Assembly: GCA_043228905.1 (NCBI GenBank)
Contig: JBHGNT010000012.1
Location: 3,782,001 to 3,846,000, forward strand
Length of the DNA: 64,000 bases
Direction of reading: 5' to 3'
DNA from: Azolla caroliniana
Lineage: Eukaryota; Plantae; Polypodiophyta
Both the position numbers and the translations under genes were made by a program. Below, in pieces: positions 29,190-41,900 of this stretch. Within the stretch, counting starts at the first letter, position 1. Each line of letters starts with the position of its first letter. Under the pieces are notes generated by a model. The model made no database searches, was not told the origin of the DNA, and worked only from the letters and a program-made list of their open reading frames with translations.

Positions 29190-29290
29190 AAAAGCGCGCG
29201 AAAAACCCGCCCAAAAACGGGAAGCAAAGCGAAAAAGCGCGCGAAAAACCCTCCTAGAACGGGAAGCGAGCAAAAAAGCGCGCGAAAAAA
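29190..29290 (+). promoter_or_regulatory. Three tandem E2F consensus sites upstream of ATXR5/6
   Basis: GCGCGAAA (= TTTCGCGC) at 29196, 29239 and 29280, in ~42-bp repeated units. Confidence 0.65.
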
Positions 29291-29317
29291 ACGTCCACTC
29301 TCTCTCTCTCACACACA

Positions 29318-29353
<36 letters not shown>

Positions 29354-29394
29354 GTCTCTCCCCACGAACAGGAAGAACTCGACGAGCTCTGGCT

Positions 29395-31870
29395 ATGGCG
29401 AGCAGCAGCAGCAACAGCAATGGACGACGACGAAGAAGCAAACGTGTCCTCGCGGAAGAAGCCCACCCTCCCCACCACAACCATCACCTGTCCTCATCCA
29501 CCTGTACCGCTCTCAGTCCTGGCCGAGAAGGCCTTCATGATGTTGGTTCTGGCTATGGCCACGTTGATGACGTTCTCTGTCAGACCTGTGGCCTCGGAGA
29601 TCGAGAGAATCAGCTCCTTCTCTGCGATGGCTGTGACCGTGGTCACCACTCTTTCTGCCTTCGTCCCATCCTCTTCCGTGTTCCTTCTGGTCCTTGGCTT
29701 TGCCCTTCTTGCTCCTGCTCCCCTCGCCATCGCTCCATCGCTGGTAAAAATAAAATATAAGGGGAACTTGCTTGTTTGGATTTGATTCAGAACAATTTTT
29801 TTGCGGAATGTTTATATGTCTTTCAATTTTTGTGGATAGTTCCCTGTTTCAACAGTGTTCTCCATTATACCTGGTTTGTTTTTCTGTCGAAACTTGGGGA
29901 GATACCTTCTCTTTACCTCTTGTGCCAAAATTCTTGTCGCTTCCGCCACGATAATATTTGATTCTTTTCGTTCAGATTTTCCCCTTGTGCAAACCAAAAT
30001 CGTGGATTTTTTCAGAATCCAGAGGCCGTTTCAATCCGTTGAAGGTGAGCAATTTCTTTGGATTAGCACAATTTTCTTACATTTATTGCAAATTTCCATA
30101 TTGGAAATTCTGAAACGTTATCTGCATTATATTTCTAGGCGGAAAGAAGCGAAGGAAAACAGGCTCCATTTGTGTGAAGAAGAGAAGCAGGAAATTGCTT
30201 GCTTTTGTTCCTTCAAAAGATCCATCACAGCGCTTGAAGCAAATGGCTTCATTGGCCACTGCAATGACGAATTCTGGAGTCGAATATAGTGACGAACTCA
30301 CTTACATACCTGGTTTAGCACCAAGATCAGCAAATAATCCTGAATTAGAGAAAGGGGGAATGCAGGTATGGTGCTGTCTCAAAATGTTTCTCTATGTATT
30401 GCTTGCAATAATCGAACTTTGTGTCTGTACTTTTACACCATCATTTTCTTTGTACAATGTAATGTAGGATGCAAATTTAGACAGTGCAGATTTGGACTGA
30501 ATATTTGCTGTTTATAAAATGTCATCTTTTATTAAAAGTGCAGATTTTGACTTCGAATTACTATCACAAAATTCAATCATTCTTTGCTATGCAGATTTAG
30601 ACTGAATATAGCTATATCTTGTTAAATATCCAATATTTCATTATAATGCAACTTTAGACAGTGAATTCATTAACACTCTAAATATAGCTTTATCTTGTTA
30701 AAATCCACTTATTTACTCTGCAGATGTAGACATTGATTATCTGTTATCAAAAGGCATTATTGATTACAGTGCGGATAAAGGCTGTAAATTGGTTACATGC
30801 CTCTCTATATACCTGATAAATCCTTGCAAAATGCGTAATATTTCAGGTCATGGGCAAGGAAGATAAAGCTGCATACGATCAGTGTTTAGAGATGTGCAGA
30901 CAGGGTGCTTGGCCTCCTCTGATGGTCACCTTTGATTCTCATGAAGGGTATGTTTCTTACTGACATTTGTCAACAAAAGTCTCATCGTCAAACAAGAGCT
31001 CATTATTATGCAGAAGCACACCACAATGATTAACTTTATATGAGTCTTCCGATCATTAGGAATTTGGTAATTGTCTCTCATGTTGCAGTCTTATGTCAGA
31101 GAAAGGATTTATGTAAAGGGACCATGTAAGAAGTATTTTGATTGCAAATACAAGAAAAGTGGTCGTCCATATTGACAAGGAAGCGCCTTAATAATAAAAT
31201 TATATTATTTCCATACAAAAGAAATCTGCTGGATAATAGATAGGCAGACACAGATATACGGATCCATTAGAACTATATTTGATGGAAGGATAGACCGTAA
31301 TCGAGATTTCTCGTTTTTTGCATATTAAAATTTTCAGATTTGTGGTTGAAGCCGACAGTCCAATCAAGGATTTTACCATCATAGCAGAGTATACAGGCGA
31401 TGTGGATTACATGAGGAGGAGGGAGAAGGATGATGGGGATAGCATCATGGCATTGCTCTTTACAGATTCTCCCGATAAGGATCTGGTCATCTGTCCTGAC
31501 AGTAGGGGCAATATTGCTCGATTTATATCGGGAATCAATAACCACACTAGGTATATACTTGTCCCTCCAAAATCTAGCTGTGCAGATTTTACTGGTTTGT
31601 GGCTCGATAAAATGGCAAAGTGTTTCGCAATAAATTCATGGGTCAACTTTTATTTTGACTCTAAACCTTTTACATGTTATAAACATTCTGGAAAAATGTT
31701 TCTTTTGTAGGGATGGGAAGAAGAAACAGAACTTAAGGTGTGTAAGATTCAACATTAATGGTGAAGCACACGTATTGCTCATTGCCATCCGTGACATCCG
31801 TAAAGGAGAGAGGTTGTATTATGACTACAATGGTTATCAAAATGATTATCCAACTGAGCATTTTGTGTGA
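29395..31870 (+). CDS. ATXR6: H3K27 monomethyltransferase ATXR5/6 (PHD, PIP box, SET); ATXR6-like in length
   Basis: Exons 29395-29743, 29976-30044, 30139-30365, 30847-30947, 31338-31550 and 31711-31870. PHD CQTC..LLLCDGCDRGHHSFCLRP, PIP box QTKIVDFF, SET GNIARFISGINNH and ERLYYDYNG..YPTEHFV. ATXR5 versus ATXR6 orthology is not resolvable here. Confidence 0.93.
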
Positions 31871-32491
31871 CAAGGCTCCCTTGGGTTACCAAAATTCAAG
31901 TAACTGAGCTGCACACAGAAAAAAGTTGCATTGGATTGCATACATCCTAGATGATTCATGGTGTATGATAAATACTTCTGACGTCCCAAGGTGTGAACAA
32001 GAGAAATACACCTTTTATTGTGTCCTATCCAAGAAATGTTAGTCTTCATATAGAGGGGAACCAAAAATGTATTATAGTGAGGGAATGTAGTCCTCCTATG
32101 ACAAATAGTCTTCCACTATCCCATGAGTTGGTATCAGGGTTATGGAAGCTCACAACCTTAAATTTGTATTCCTGAGTAATCTCAATAGAAACCAACTGAC
32201 AGCCTTTCCTGTGTACTCAAACTGTCAAATGTGAATGTTTTAATTCTTCTGTCTTAATGCTTTCTTTTAGTAAACATTTAGGGTTCATTATTACGAGCAA
32301 TTTCATGTGAACCAAACAAGCATATGAGAAGAAGAATATGTAAATGAGATTGAGAGATAACAAAAAGTTTGAAGCTATCTCTTAAAAGGAGATATCATAA
32401 AACCAGTATCTCTTCATAATAAGGCTACACAATGGCTCTTTATACCAAATATCAGTCATCAGTATTATTAGGACCTTTGAAATGTTAGGGT

Positions 32492-33477
32492 TTAGGGTTT
32501 GATGATGCTCCCCCCATCCAAAGGGAACTCTGCTACCTTCTTCCACGACTTCAGTGATTTGTCTGAAGTATCGGTGCTATACAAACAAAGGTTAGAAACA
32601 ATAAATTCTTTCTCACAGAGTGCGTTCCCGAACTCGGCTTCGACGAGCTCTACAGCCTTCTCTTTGTTCTCCTGAGCCAAATCTCCATAGTACAAACTCA
32701 AATGAGGCGTGAAATCTGACAAACAAAAAACAATCAGGATCATCTTTTTTGAAATTGGATTCACTTTAAATGTGGTTTGCTGATATATATATATATATAT
32801 AATATGATGAAAAACACCAGAAGGAAAGGCCACAACTTACAACTTTGTTTGGTGCTATTGTATTCTGAACTTACTTCACGTTCGAAGAAGCTCTGAACAT
32901 GTATATGAGCTTGCATTACCTGGTTCACATATACATACATGATGGATGAGTTTCCCAAAGCAAGGTATTTTGATGAGATAGATCTGAGGGATGATGATGA
33001 AAGATGAATGGTGATACATTCGAATTAGAATTAGAGAACTTGCGGTACCTGTGGAGCGGGATCAACTAGCATAAAGACACTCTGATAGAAAGTACATCCA
33101 GAGGATGGTCGGGTGAGGCGGCAAGAGAATGGTTTGAGGGAGAGGGAAGCAGAGCGGAGGGCATCCATAGCTTTGCGAAGAGAAATCTTCTTATGAGAAG
33201 GCAGAACGCCAAGAATGGTGACATGAGGCTCGAATTCAGGTGGATCTGAATTCATCTCATCCAATTCCTCCTCTCGATCGTTACCAATAATGTTTCTCCG
33301 CGTTCCGCCAAAATCCTTCCTCAGTCTCTCCATCACTGCTGCAATGGAAACCTTTATCTCGCTGGAAGCAGGCGGCTGAGCCCATACGGAGTACAATCCT
33401 TCTTCTTCTTCTTCTTCTTCTTCTTCTTCTTCTTCTTCTTCTTCTACTGCAACGATCTGCTCATGCTCAGCCATCAT
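32492..33477 (-). CDS. Cyclic nucleotide phosphodiesterase (2H phosphoesterase, plant CPDase)
   Basis: Exons 33477-33049, 32919-32841 and 32715-32492 in phase. YSVWAQP, both HxT/S motifs (FEPHVT, TPHLSL) and C-terminal TDTSDKSLKSWKKVAE; N-terminal poly-E. Confidence 0.9.
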
Positions 33478-33527
33478 CTCCCCGAGTAAGTGAGTAATGA
33501 GAGAGAAAGAGGAGGATTAATGTCTAT

Positions 33528-33800
33528 TTTGGAAAAAGATCTGTCTTTTCTGGTCTTTGTGGCTGATGACTACGTCTCTGTGTCTCTGGTCTTTGGAAAA
33601 AGATCTGTCTTTTCTGGTCTTTATGGCTGATGACTACGTCTGTCTCTGGTCTTTGGAAAAAGATCTGTCTTTTCTGGTCTTTGTGGCTGATGACTACGTC
33701 TCTCTGTCTCTATCTCTCTGGTCTTTGGCTGATGACTCTATCTCTGTCTCTATCTCTGTCTCTATCTCTGTCTCTATCTTTGTCTTTGTCTCTCTCCAGA
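33528..33800. repeat. ~60-bp tandem repeat x3 grading into (TCTCTG/TCTCTA)n, upstream of CPDase
   Basis: ttggaaaaagatctgtcttttctggtctttgtggctgatgactacgtc repeated three times. Confidence 0.85.
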
Positions 33801-33989
33801 TACAGACACACATAATCTCTCTGTACTTTTTTGTCTTTTTGTATTTTTATAGTAATTAGGTTATGTAAACCTTTTTCTACTTTAGGAGATAACCAAGATA
33901 ATGATGCCATTGCATGATAATGATGATACAATATATTTGTAGTGACATGTAACAAGTGTGTACCATTTTGTAATCGCTAGTCTACCCAA

Positions 33990-34470
33990 GGTGCACCATT
34001 TTGTTTTCAATGGCAAAGATCCATATAGCAATGATATATCTTGTAATGTTTTACCAAATAAATCCATAATTCAGGGGAATACATAACCATCGTTTGATAT
34101 CTCTCTAAACGTACAACCCCCAATTGGAATAAACGATTGAATTGAGATATGAGTTTCTCGTTTCCATGCCAATACAACACTCGAGAAGAAACGAGCAATT
34201 CATTTTGTAACGGATTACAAAATTCTCGATCACTTGATGGTGCCCACTCAAAAAAAAAGATAATGCATCTTGCCATGACCTTACCAACTGTTGTTTGTAT
34301 ACATAATGTTGAATCTTTAGAGGAATACATCCATTGAGTAATGACCACCATGATGCTTGATTCCTTGTTTTCCCATGCACCAATTCTTCATGCTCAATAA
34401 AATATTGCATCATGGATATCCATGGTTGATCTCGTTGACACATATCTTTTAATAATGCAAATCTAAGAGC
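33990..34470 (-). mobile_element. L1 LINE ORF2 fragment, same family as 49.7-59.2 kb
   Basis: RFALLKDMC..QPWISMMQYFIE..WWSLLNGCI aligns with 57870-58220. Confidence 0.8.
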
Positions 34471-35180
34471 CGGCTTAAGGTCGATGTGTGGGAAGGGTGA
34501 GTTAGAGTGAGTGTCAATCACTCCCTACCTAATAATGTGTAGAGTAATTGCTAAAGCAAACTCTAATCTTACTTTATAGTTTAACCACTTATACAATACT
34601 CATTTTACACATTACAATAATGCTAGCACTTAATAAAATAGCAACAAGACAAAAAATCACCAACCTGGTTTAGCTTCTATTAGTGTATAACATGTTCGCG
34701 TTCACAAGTGGAAAGGATGACGCATTCCACATTTAGATTCCTTTAAAATTGTGCAAATTTAGGCTATCTACAAAAACTCAAGACACCAGTATCACATGTT
34801 CTCGCAACCATATAAAGTTTCGTAATTTAATAACATTTAAAAAAGTCAAGAAATTCACACGTTAAGTTAAATGTATATTTTTGAAGTTGATGATTTCAAA
34901 TACGAAATATAATTAAATCCCAAGTAACATCATGAATCACATTACAATTTGACACGTTGGTAAAAATCTAAACCATGTCGATTTCTAACCATTCATTAAG
35001 TTGTTATTTCCAAATAACGAAATGCAATAAATATAGTAATATCACAATGGTGTTACTATTTAAGGGCGTTGAACTGTATAATGTCTCATATTAAACTAAG
35101 AAACTATCTGAAAAAAGGGGGATGGTATCAATCTCTAGCTATAAAACGTAATTAAATAAAAGACAAGCACAAAAGGTGTA

Positions 35181-35297
35181 ATTGTCATGAAGACATACAT
35201 TTTGGGTTACAAGGATTCGAACCCACAACTTCTTGGTCTATGTGTAAAGTTGTGGGTTCGAATCCTTGTAACCCAAAATGTATGTCTTCATGACAAT
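35181..35297. repeat. Perfect 51-bp inverted repeat with 15-nt spacer
   Basis: 35181-35231 is the exact reverse complement of 35247-35297 and contains the B-box-like GGTTCGAATCC. Confidence 0.95.
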
Positions 35298-36239
35298 AAT
35301 GTGCTTTTGATCTCCAAGTTCTAGCATCATGCGGAGTTGTGTGTTCAAGAAGAGAAAGTCATTAAGTATTGTACAGTGTAAGCGCTTGGTGATTATTATG
35401 TTTTGCACAATATCTAGTGTTAAGACTTTAAATTTTCTAAAATGTAACTATATTTGATTTAAACAATAGTTTAAGCAATCCTCAAAATCTACATCATCAT
35501 TTCCCAATTGTTGCAACAATACCATTGCATGTAAACCATAGCTATAATTGCTGGGAAAAACATAATTGTCATTGTTTACAATGCTTTACATAGCTATAAG
35601 GGTATCTACATACCATGCTTAAGATAATTGCAAAGTTAAATGATGACAATGATTATGCTTATAATTATGATTAAGGAAATAATTATTCTTACATTTATAA
35701 TTAAGGAAATGATTAGGCTTAAGCTTTAGCTATAGGGAAATAAAAAATGATGAAGAAACCCTTACAAAAGGTTTATAGTTTCACATTTATAGTTATTCCT
35801 AATTTAACTATATGACATCTATGTCCCTTTCATACTTAGAGGGTAAACGTTTATATATATTACTTTATAATCCATTACAACGTTACTCTCTCTCTCTCTC
35901 TCTCATTCTATAAATAGACTCTTCAATGTATCCACAAACAAAGATGAGATATGGCGGATACTTGACATTTGTAAAGAATAAAAGATGTGATCGAGTGGAG
36001 CATCCTTTAGTTTATAGGCTTCAACATGTGTACATAGCTTCAGATAACTTGACAATGCCGTTGGGTGTTGTTGGAAGCCAATCCACCATTGTCACATAAA
36101 CACGTGTGCGTGTGCGTGTGTTACTTGACTGGGACCATAAGGGTCTTCGATTAGGGAGGAAGTGAATGAAGGTAGGACTCAAATGATTAGGGGACTCGAA
36201 TGTAGACAACACTGTCATGAAGTTACGTGTGTACATGTG

Positions 36240-36740
36240 AAATGTGAGTAGGAGGAGGTTGCAGATGCTATTGTGATGAGACATGGTTTGATGGAAAAAA
36301 ATGTGATCATTATGAATCCACAAATACAAACTAATAAACCTCAAATATGGCAATTGGTAAGTAGTATTACAATTTGGTATATTTGGAAGGCTCGATGTTT
36401 GAAGGTATTTCAAAATGTGATTGAAAGACCTGCCCAAATAATTTCGGGAATTTGGATAGAGATTGTGCATAATCTCAAAGAGTTTTTGGATAGTATAAAA
36501 GGTAATACACATCAAGCAGAGCTTAAATGTTTGGAGTTTCATGCCATTTGGGACATAGGTATATTCTATAGACGATGTTTTGATAAGGTGGAGTGGTTCT
36601 ACTCAACACCAAAGTATTTATTTAAGCCGATGGTTAGAATTTAGAAAAACATAGGGGATCGGTGGTATATCTTGTATGTTTAGCCTTATGGTATTTTCTA
36701 ATACTAATGTAGTATCTTTTTTGGGAGAAAAAGAAGAAAA
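36240..36740 (+). mobile_element. LINE ORF2 3'-end fragment
   Basis: WQLVSSITIWYIWKARCLKVF is a typical L1 ORF2 C-terminal motif; A-rich tail near 36730. Confidence 0.65.
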
Positions 36741-36969
36741 AATGTGAGTAGGACCATCGAGAACTTGAACTAGAGAGGATGGGTTGATTTGCGTCGTCTA
36801 AGTTCAATGTTTGAGGATGTCAATGTCCACATTAGATTTATTTTTAGAAGTTAGATATTATTCTCTTAAAATTTTATTTGTGGGATTGTAAAAACCATGT
36901 GTATGTGAGTGTTTTTATATTTATGTTAAGTTTGGAGTGTGTCGGTATGTATTTATTGACGAGAGAGGT

Positions 36970-37470
36970 AGGTATTTAATTATCAATATTATTATTATTT
37001 TATTTATTTAATAATAATAATAGTCATTTTTATTTATTTAATTAATAATAATATTATCATTTACTACTATTATTATGATATTATTTATATTTTAATTTAC
37101 TTTGTTTAATTATTCTCATAAATATTTACTTATTCACTTATTTAAATAGACTATTATTTATTTATTTATTTTTATTTTAATTGCTAAAATAATTTATTTA
37201 GTTAAAGTTATAATTATTGTTATCAAATTATTATCATGTTATATCTATATTTCATTTAGTAATTTATTTACTTAATTTTATTATTATTATATTATTATGT
37301 TTATTGTCTTTATATTTATGTATTTATTTATTATATATTGTGAAATGCACACATGCACACCACAATATATTTAAATTTATTATTATTATTATTTATCTAT
37401 CAATTTAACTTATATTTAATGACATATTATTATTGTTATTATTTATTTATTTTAATTATATTAATATTAT
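36970..37470. repeat. Extremely AT-rich low-complexity tract
   Basis: About 500 bp of (ATT)/(ATTT)-type sequence with very few G or C. Confidence 0.85.
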
Positions 37471-38655
37471 AATGAAATTTTAAGGTGACGGGGGCGACGA
37501 CGGTTGACGACGACAATAGTGGTTGGACGACGATGGCAGTATACGTGCGGCAACAAACATGTTAGCAATGGTGGAGACAACCTATTGGCAGTATTCAGTG
37601 ATGGAGGGGAAGTTGAACTTTTGGTCAAAGGAGGTGTGCAATTCCTCACTTGATGGTCGGAACCAGTATCCAAAAAATCCTTCACAATCCTCCGAAATCT
37701 TCGCATTGATGAGAAGGGTTTTTTGGGTGGGATGGTTCAGTGAATTGTTATATGCTGAGTTTTGGTGTGTTTTGACGAACGATGACCACATCGTTGTCAA
37801 TCTTGCACCCTCTTGGCTTGTAACCCTCGAGCTTTCTCTGGATTCCGGTAGTGCTTCCAATTTGTTTCTAACTTTTCCCCCTTAGCAATGAGCTCTCTTC
37901 ATTCTTTTGTAAGATTCAAAAGGCTCTCTCGCCAAGTAAAAATAGTGGGTGCTTTGCTTTATTTTAAATTTTAACATGCACCATGCTTTCCCCCACACTT
38001 GGACGCTCCTCCTTTCTTGAAGTCGTTCACGTGTAACGAACGATGAAGACCATGAGAACCCCAGAAGTGGAAGAGGAGGTGGAGAAGAAGAAGTGAAAAA
38101 CATATGGATATACATTAATGCAAAAATCTAAGGTCGGGGTCCAAAATGCCAAATACCAAATGCGTGAATGCTGAAAATGGAGAGCTCTTCCTTCTGCTCA
38201 AGCTGATAGAAATGCAAAAAAACAAATAAATGAAAAATGAAGAAGAAAAAATGAGTTCTCTTCCCCTCCTTTTCTTTAGGGGAGAGTTTGAGTCCCCTCA
38301 ATGTTTGAATCCTCTGATGATTCAAGTCCCACCTTTATTCACGTCATCCCTAGTCCAAGACCCCTGTGATCCCGCTCGAGTAGCACACATGTGTGTTTAC
38401 ACAATTGTAACGTAACTTTGTGACAAAGAGCAATTGCGAGTACAAATAGGGGAACACATCCATACATAAACATATTCACATATACACTCACAAACACATT
38501 GACATAAAAAAACACACATACACTTCACATACATATGCACATATGAGTGCCTACTCACACTTACATGCATAAAAACAAGTGGTCATAAAATACATACACA
38601 AAAACCATGAGGGTATATAGACAATTTGTTGCACACGGAATTCATTCACATTTAG

Positions 38656-38923
38656 GCGCATAAGTTTGTCGAAACAATTCATTCCACAACTTGAAGAAAG
38701 CAAAGGAGAAAGGAGCAATCAATCTACCATCACTCTAGAAGCCTTTGTCGACAAAACCATCTTCCTTGTTTCAATTCGCAAGTGGTTCTACTCAAGTAAC
38801 ACATTCACACGTGTAACTTCGCGACATCGTGATAATATGTACATACACACATATACATACATCCAAGTATGTATCTACTTATAAATGTATACGTATACGT
38901 ATATATACACACTACCGATACCC

Positions 38924-38959
<36 letters not shown>

Positions 38960-41900
38960 GTAGATGTACATGTATGTATGTATAATTTCTAAGTATGTGA
39001 TTTGTATAGGAAATTGTTAGTAAATTTTAGCGCATGGAAAGCAATGTATAATCTTAACTTCGTTTCAATCGGATGTACGTGTGCTTGTGTCTCTCTCTTT
39101 TCCTGTGTCTCTGTGTACGCAGGGCGTCTTCTGCAGATTGTGGGCGATTTTACATCTATCGCTGTATGCCACAATCAATCGCGCACACACATAACAGATA
39201 TTATATATCCTGTCTCGGTAAGATCTCTCTGGGTATTTTTTTGTTGTTCTTTCTGTTTTCTTCCTTGCCCTTCATCTCTTCATCAATTTATAATACGCCT
39301 GTTTCTTCCGTTCAATTCTCTATACATATCTCAAATTGTGGGTCCTTAAAATTGATTATGCCTACAGTTTTCAATGTTCTACATTCGATCTTTACATTCA
39401 TGTCTTCTCAATCCATACATTTCTTTCACTTGATGGGCCAATGTAATCATTCCATTCCATCCTATATATTATTATTTTTAGGTCAAGGGGGAACTCACTT
39501 ATTGTGTGTGGTTGTTTTTTTGTTCTCTAGCATACAGAGCAATTAGTATGCGCTCTTCGAGAGCAATTTTACATGGCTATTTCCATCATTATTTGGTGGA
39601 AATAACCGACCTTATTTGGGATGGGCAAATCCACAAGATAAAGATAAACTTGGTGAAGTCCTTGTCCATGTCCATGTCCATGTCATGTTAACTTCTTAAT
39701 TACCTACACCTACCATGTTCCTTATCATTTATGAGCTCTTACATTCTTCATTGAACACATCCAAGAGTTTCATGTCTCGCCTCAAGCCCATAATGTGTCA
39801 TTGACACAGAATGGATTTTTACCCTATTGTGTCTTACATCCTAATCATATGCTCTTCTAGTGGCCTTGGTGGGGATGGGGATCTTTTTAACATTACCCAA
39901 ATGTTCATTGTTGCTAGTTTTTTGACTTCTTATATATAAACTAATGTTGAATCAGGTAGTATGACTACATGGTGTTCCATGTTATCAACTCCTTTAGGGA
40001 ACCTAGAATCATATCGGTCTCAATGGGTCTTGGTCAAGAAAGCACAATTGGAAGGGCAATGAAAGTCACTCTTCTAAATCATATGAAGTATTAATGGCTG
40101 TCAACTCTTTGATTAAGTGATGTCGTATTAACATGTGACATTTTTTCCTTACTTTTTCCTTGTTGCTGATATCTCGTAACGAGATGATGTGGACAATCTA
40201 TGATTGTGATCATGGCACATGGTGTAGCATGTGTTTGTGGAGTTTAGGGAGTCGATGTATGATCCACAAACCGTTGGAGTGCATAGGGTGGTATCCTCAT
40301 GTGGGTAACTTCCATGTTGCATCCACATCTCACATTGACCTAGGAGGGGCTGTACATACATTAGATGTTGAAGATGAGAATATGTTTAATGGTCTAGCAT
40401 TCACACATACTATATATAAGTGACATGTTGGAATCATGGTATCCATGTTGACATAACATAGCCATTATACTTAAATGTTTAAAATGACAATAATTCTTTT
40501 CATGGATGTTCTCATTTTATTTTTTCATTTACCTAACTTTAAATTTCATTCTTGTAGCTAGCTATGACATCCATTTCATCAGAAGCACCAAAGAAAACCG
40601 TCTTTGCCAAGGAATTACAATGGAAAGAAACCAAGTAAGTACTTACATGAACTACCCAAAAAGAAAAAAATTGAAACAAAAGAAATATGACCCACTTAGA
40701 ACTTTGTGGCCTTTATATTGGTGAGAATATATTACATGATTGATATCGTGTATATGTACTAGACATATAGATTGCTCTAGCGAAACTTTGGGTTGATAAT
40801 TATTCTTTGATATGAGTTTAGTCAATCCATTGTTGGTGTAAACATGATGCTCATGTAGTGGTAAACATTGTGCTTTACAACATTTAAGGTTGTGTTGGGA
40901 ACCGAGGTGTTTGAGTCAAAATTAGTGGCTTTGATGTTGTGTTCATTATAAAAATTATTCATACTTTTAGCTTGAGATTGCGCTCACAACCTAATTTCAA
41001 AATTTTAACATTGCACGTCTTCCACAATGCAACAGGTGAAAACAAGAATAACTCTACCTTTAAAGGGCAATGCTAACATTAATAACAAGTCAAACAACAT
41101 TGCAAAGATAAAAACTTTTGTGTTTGTCATCTTGATCACTCTTATCCATGTTGTAAGCAGTCATGAATACTACTTAGATCTACATTACATATAATTGCTC
41201 TTATCCATGATGTAAGCATTCATGAATACTACTTAGATCTACATTACCTATAATCTCTCTTATCCATGGTGCAAGCATTCTACTTAGATCTATATTACAT
41301 ATAATCATTCTTATCCATGGTGTAAGAATTCATGAATACTACTTAGATGTACATTACATATAATCGTATTACAAGCTTTTTAATTCAAAATGGCATACTA
41401 TTAAGTTATAACCATCCCACAAGACGAGCTTTATTATGCCTTCCCCCAAAAAATAGATATGAAAGAAATTTGGTTGTCATTTGGGATTGGAATATGACCC
41501 CATCGAAAATTGTGTATATCTTTTAGGTTGCAAGATGAATGTTTGGGGAACCAACCTTCAAATGAGACCACAAACAAAGATCATAATGGACAAAAGAATA
41601 ATCAAAGCAATATTACCATTGAAAAAGAAAAAACTATGAAAGTTAATAAATCAATGTCTTCTCCTTTGGATGCCTCACAACTTCATACACAACTCTCTTT
41701 GGTATCCCTTCTAACATGTGCATGTTTTACATTTGGGTTATTACTTTTACTAATAAACATCTCTATCTTTATTATCTAATAATTGAAGATTTAACGAGTG
41801 TCAATGTGGCAAAGTTGGGGGTAGGACGAAGAGTAGTGAAAAGGAGGATTCATATAAGCATTTTGCCAAAAAAGCATATTCTTCCAATTATCTGAAGTCC

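Noticed and set aside
29094-29540. Lys-rich and Arg/Glu-rich ORFs upstream of ATXR
   Set aside because: Produced by poly(A), (GAA)n and (CT)n tracts in the promoter and 5' UTR.
33528-33730. 60-bp repeats (also 41138-41365 and 59892-60125) as a CRISPR-like array
   Set aside because: Units are contiguous tandem copies with no unique spacers, there are no cas genes, and the context is eukaryotic.
35200-35270. tRNA gene at GGTTCGAATCC
   Set aside because: No acceptor stem, D-arm or cloverleaf is evident; only a B-box-like motif.
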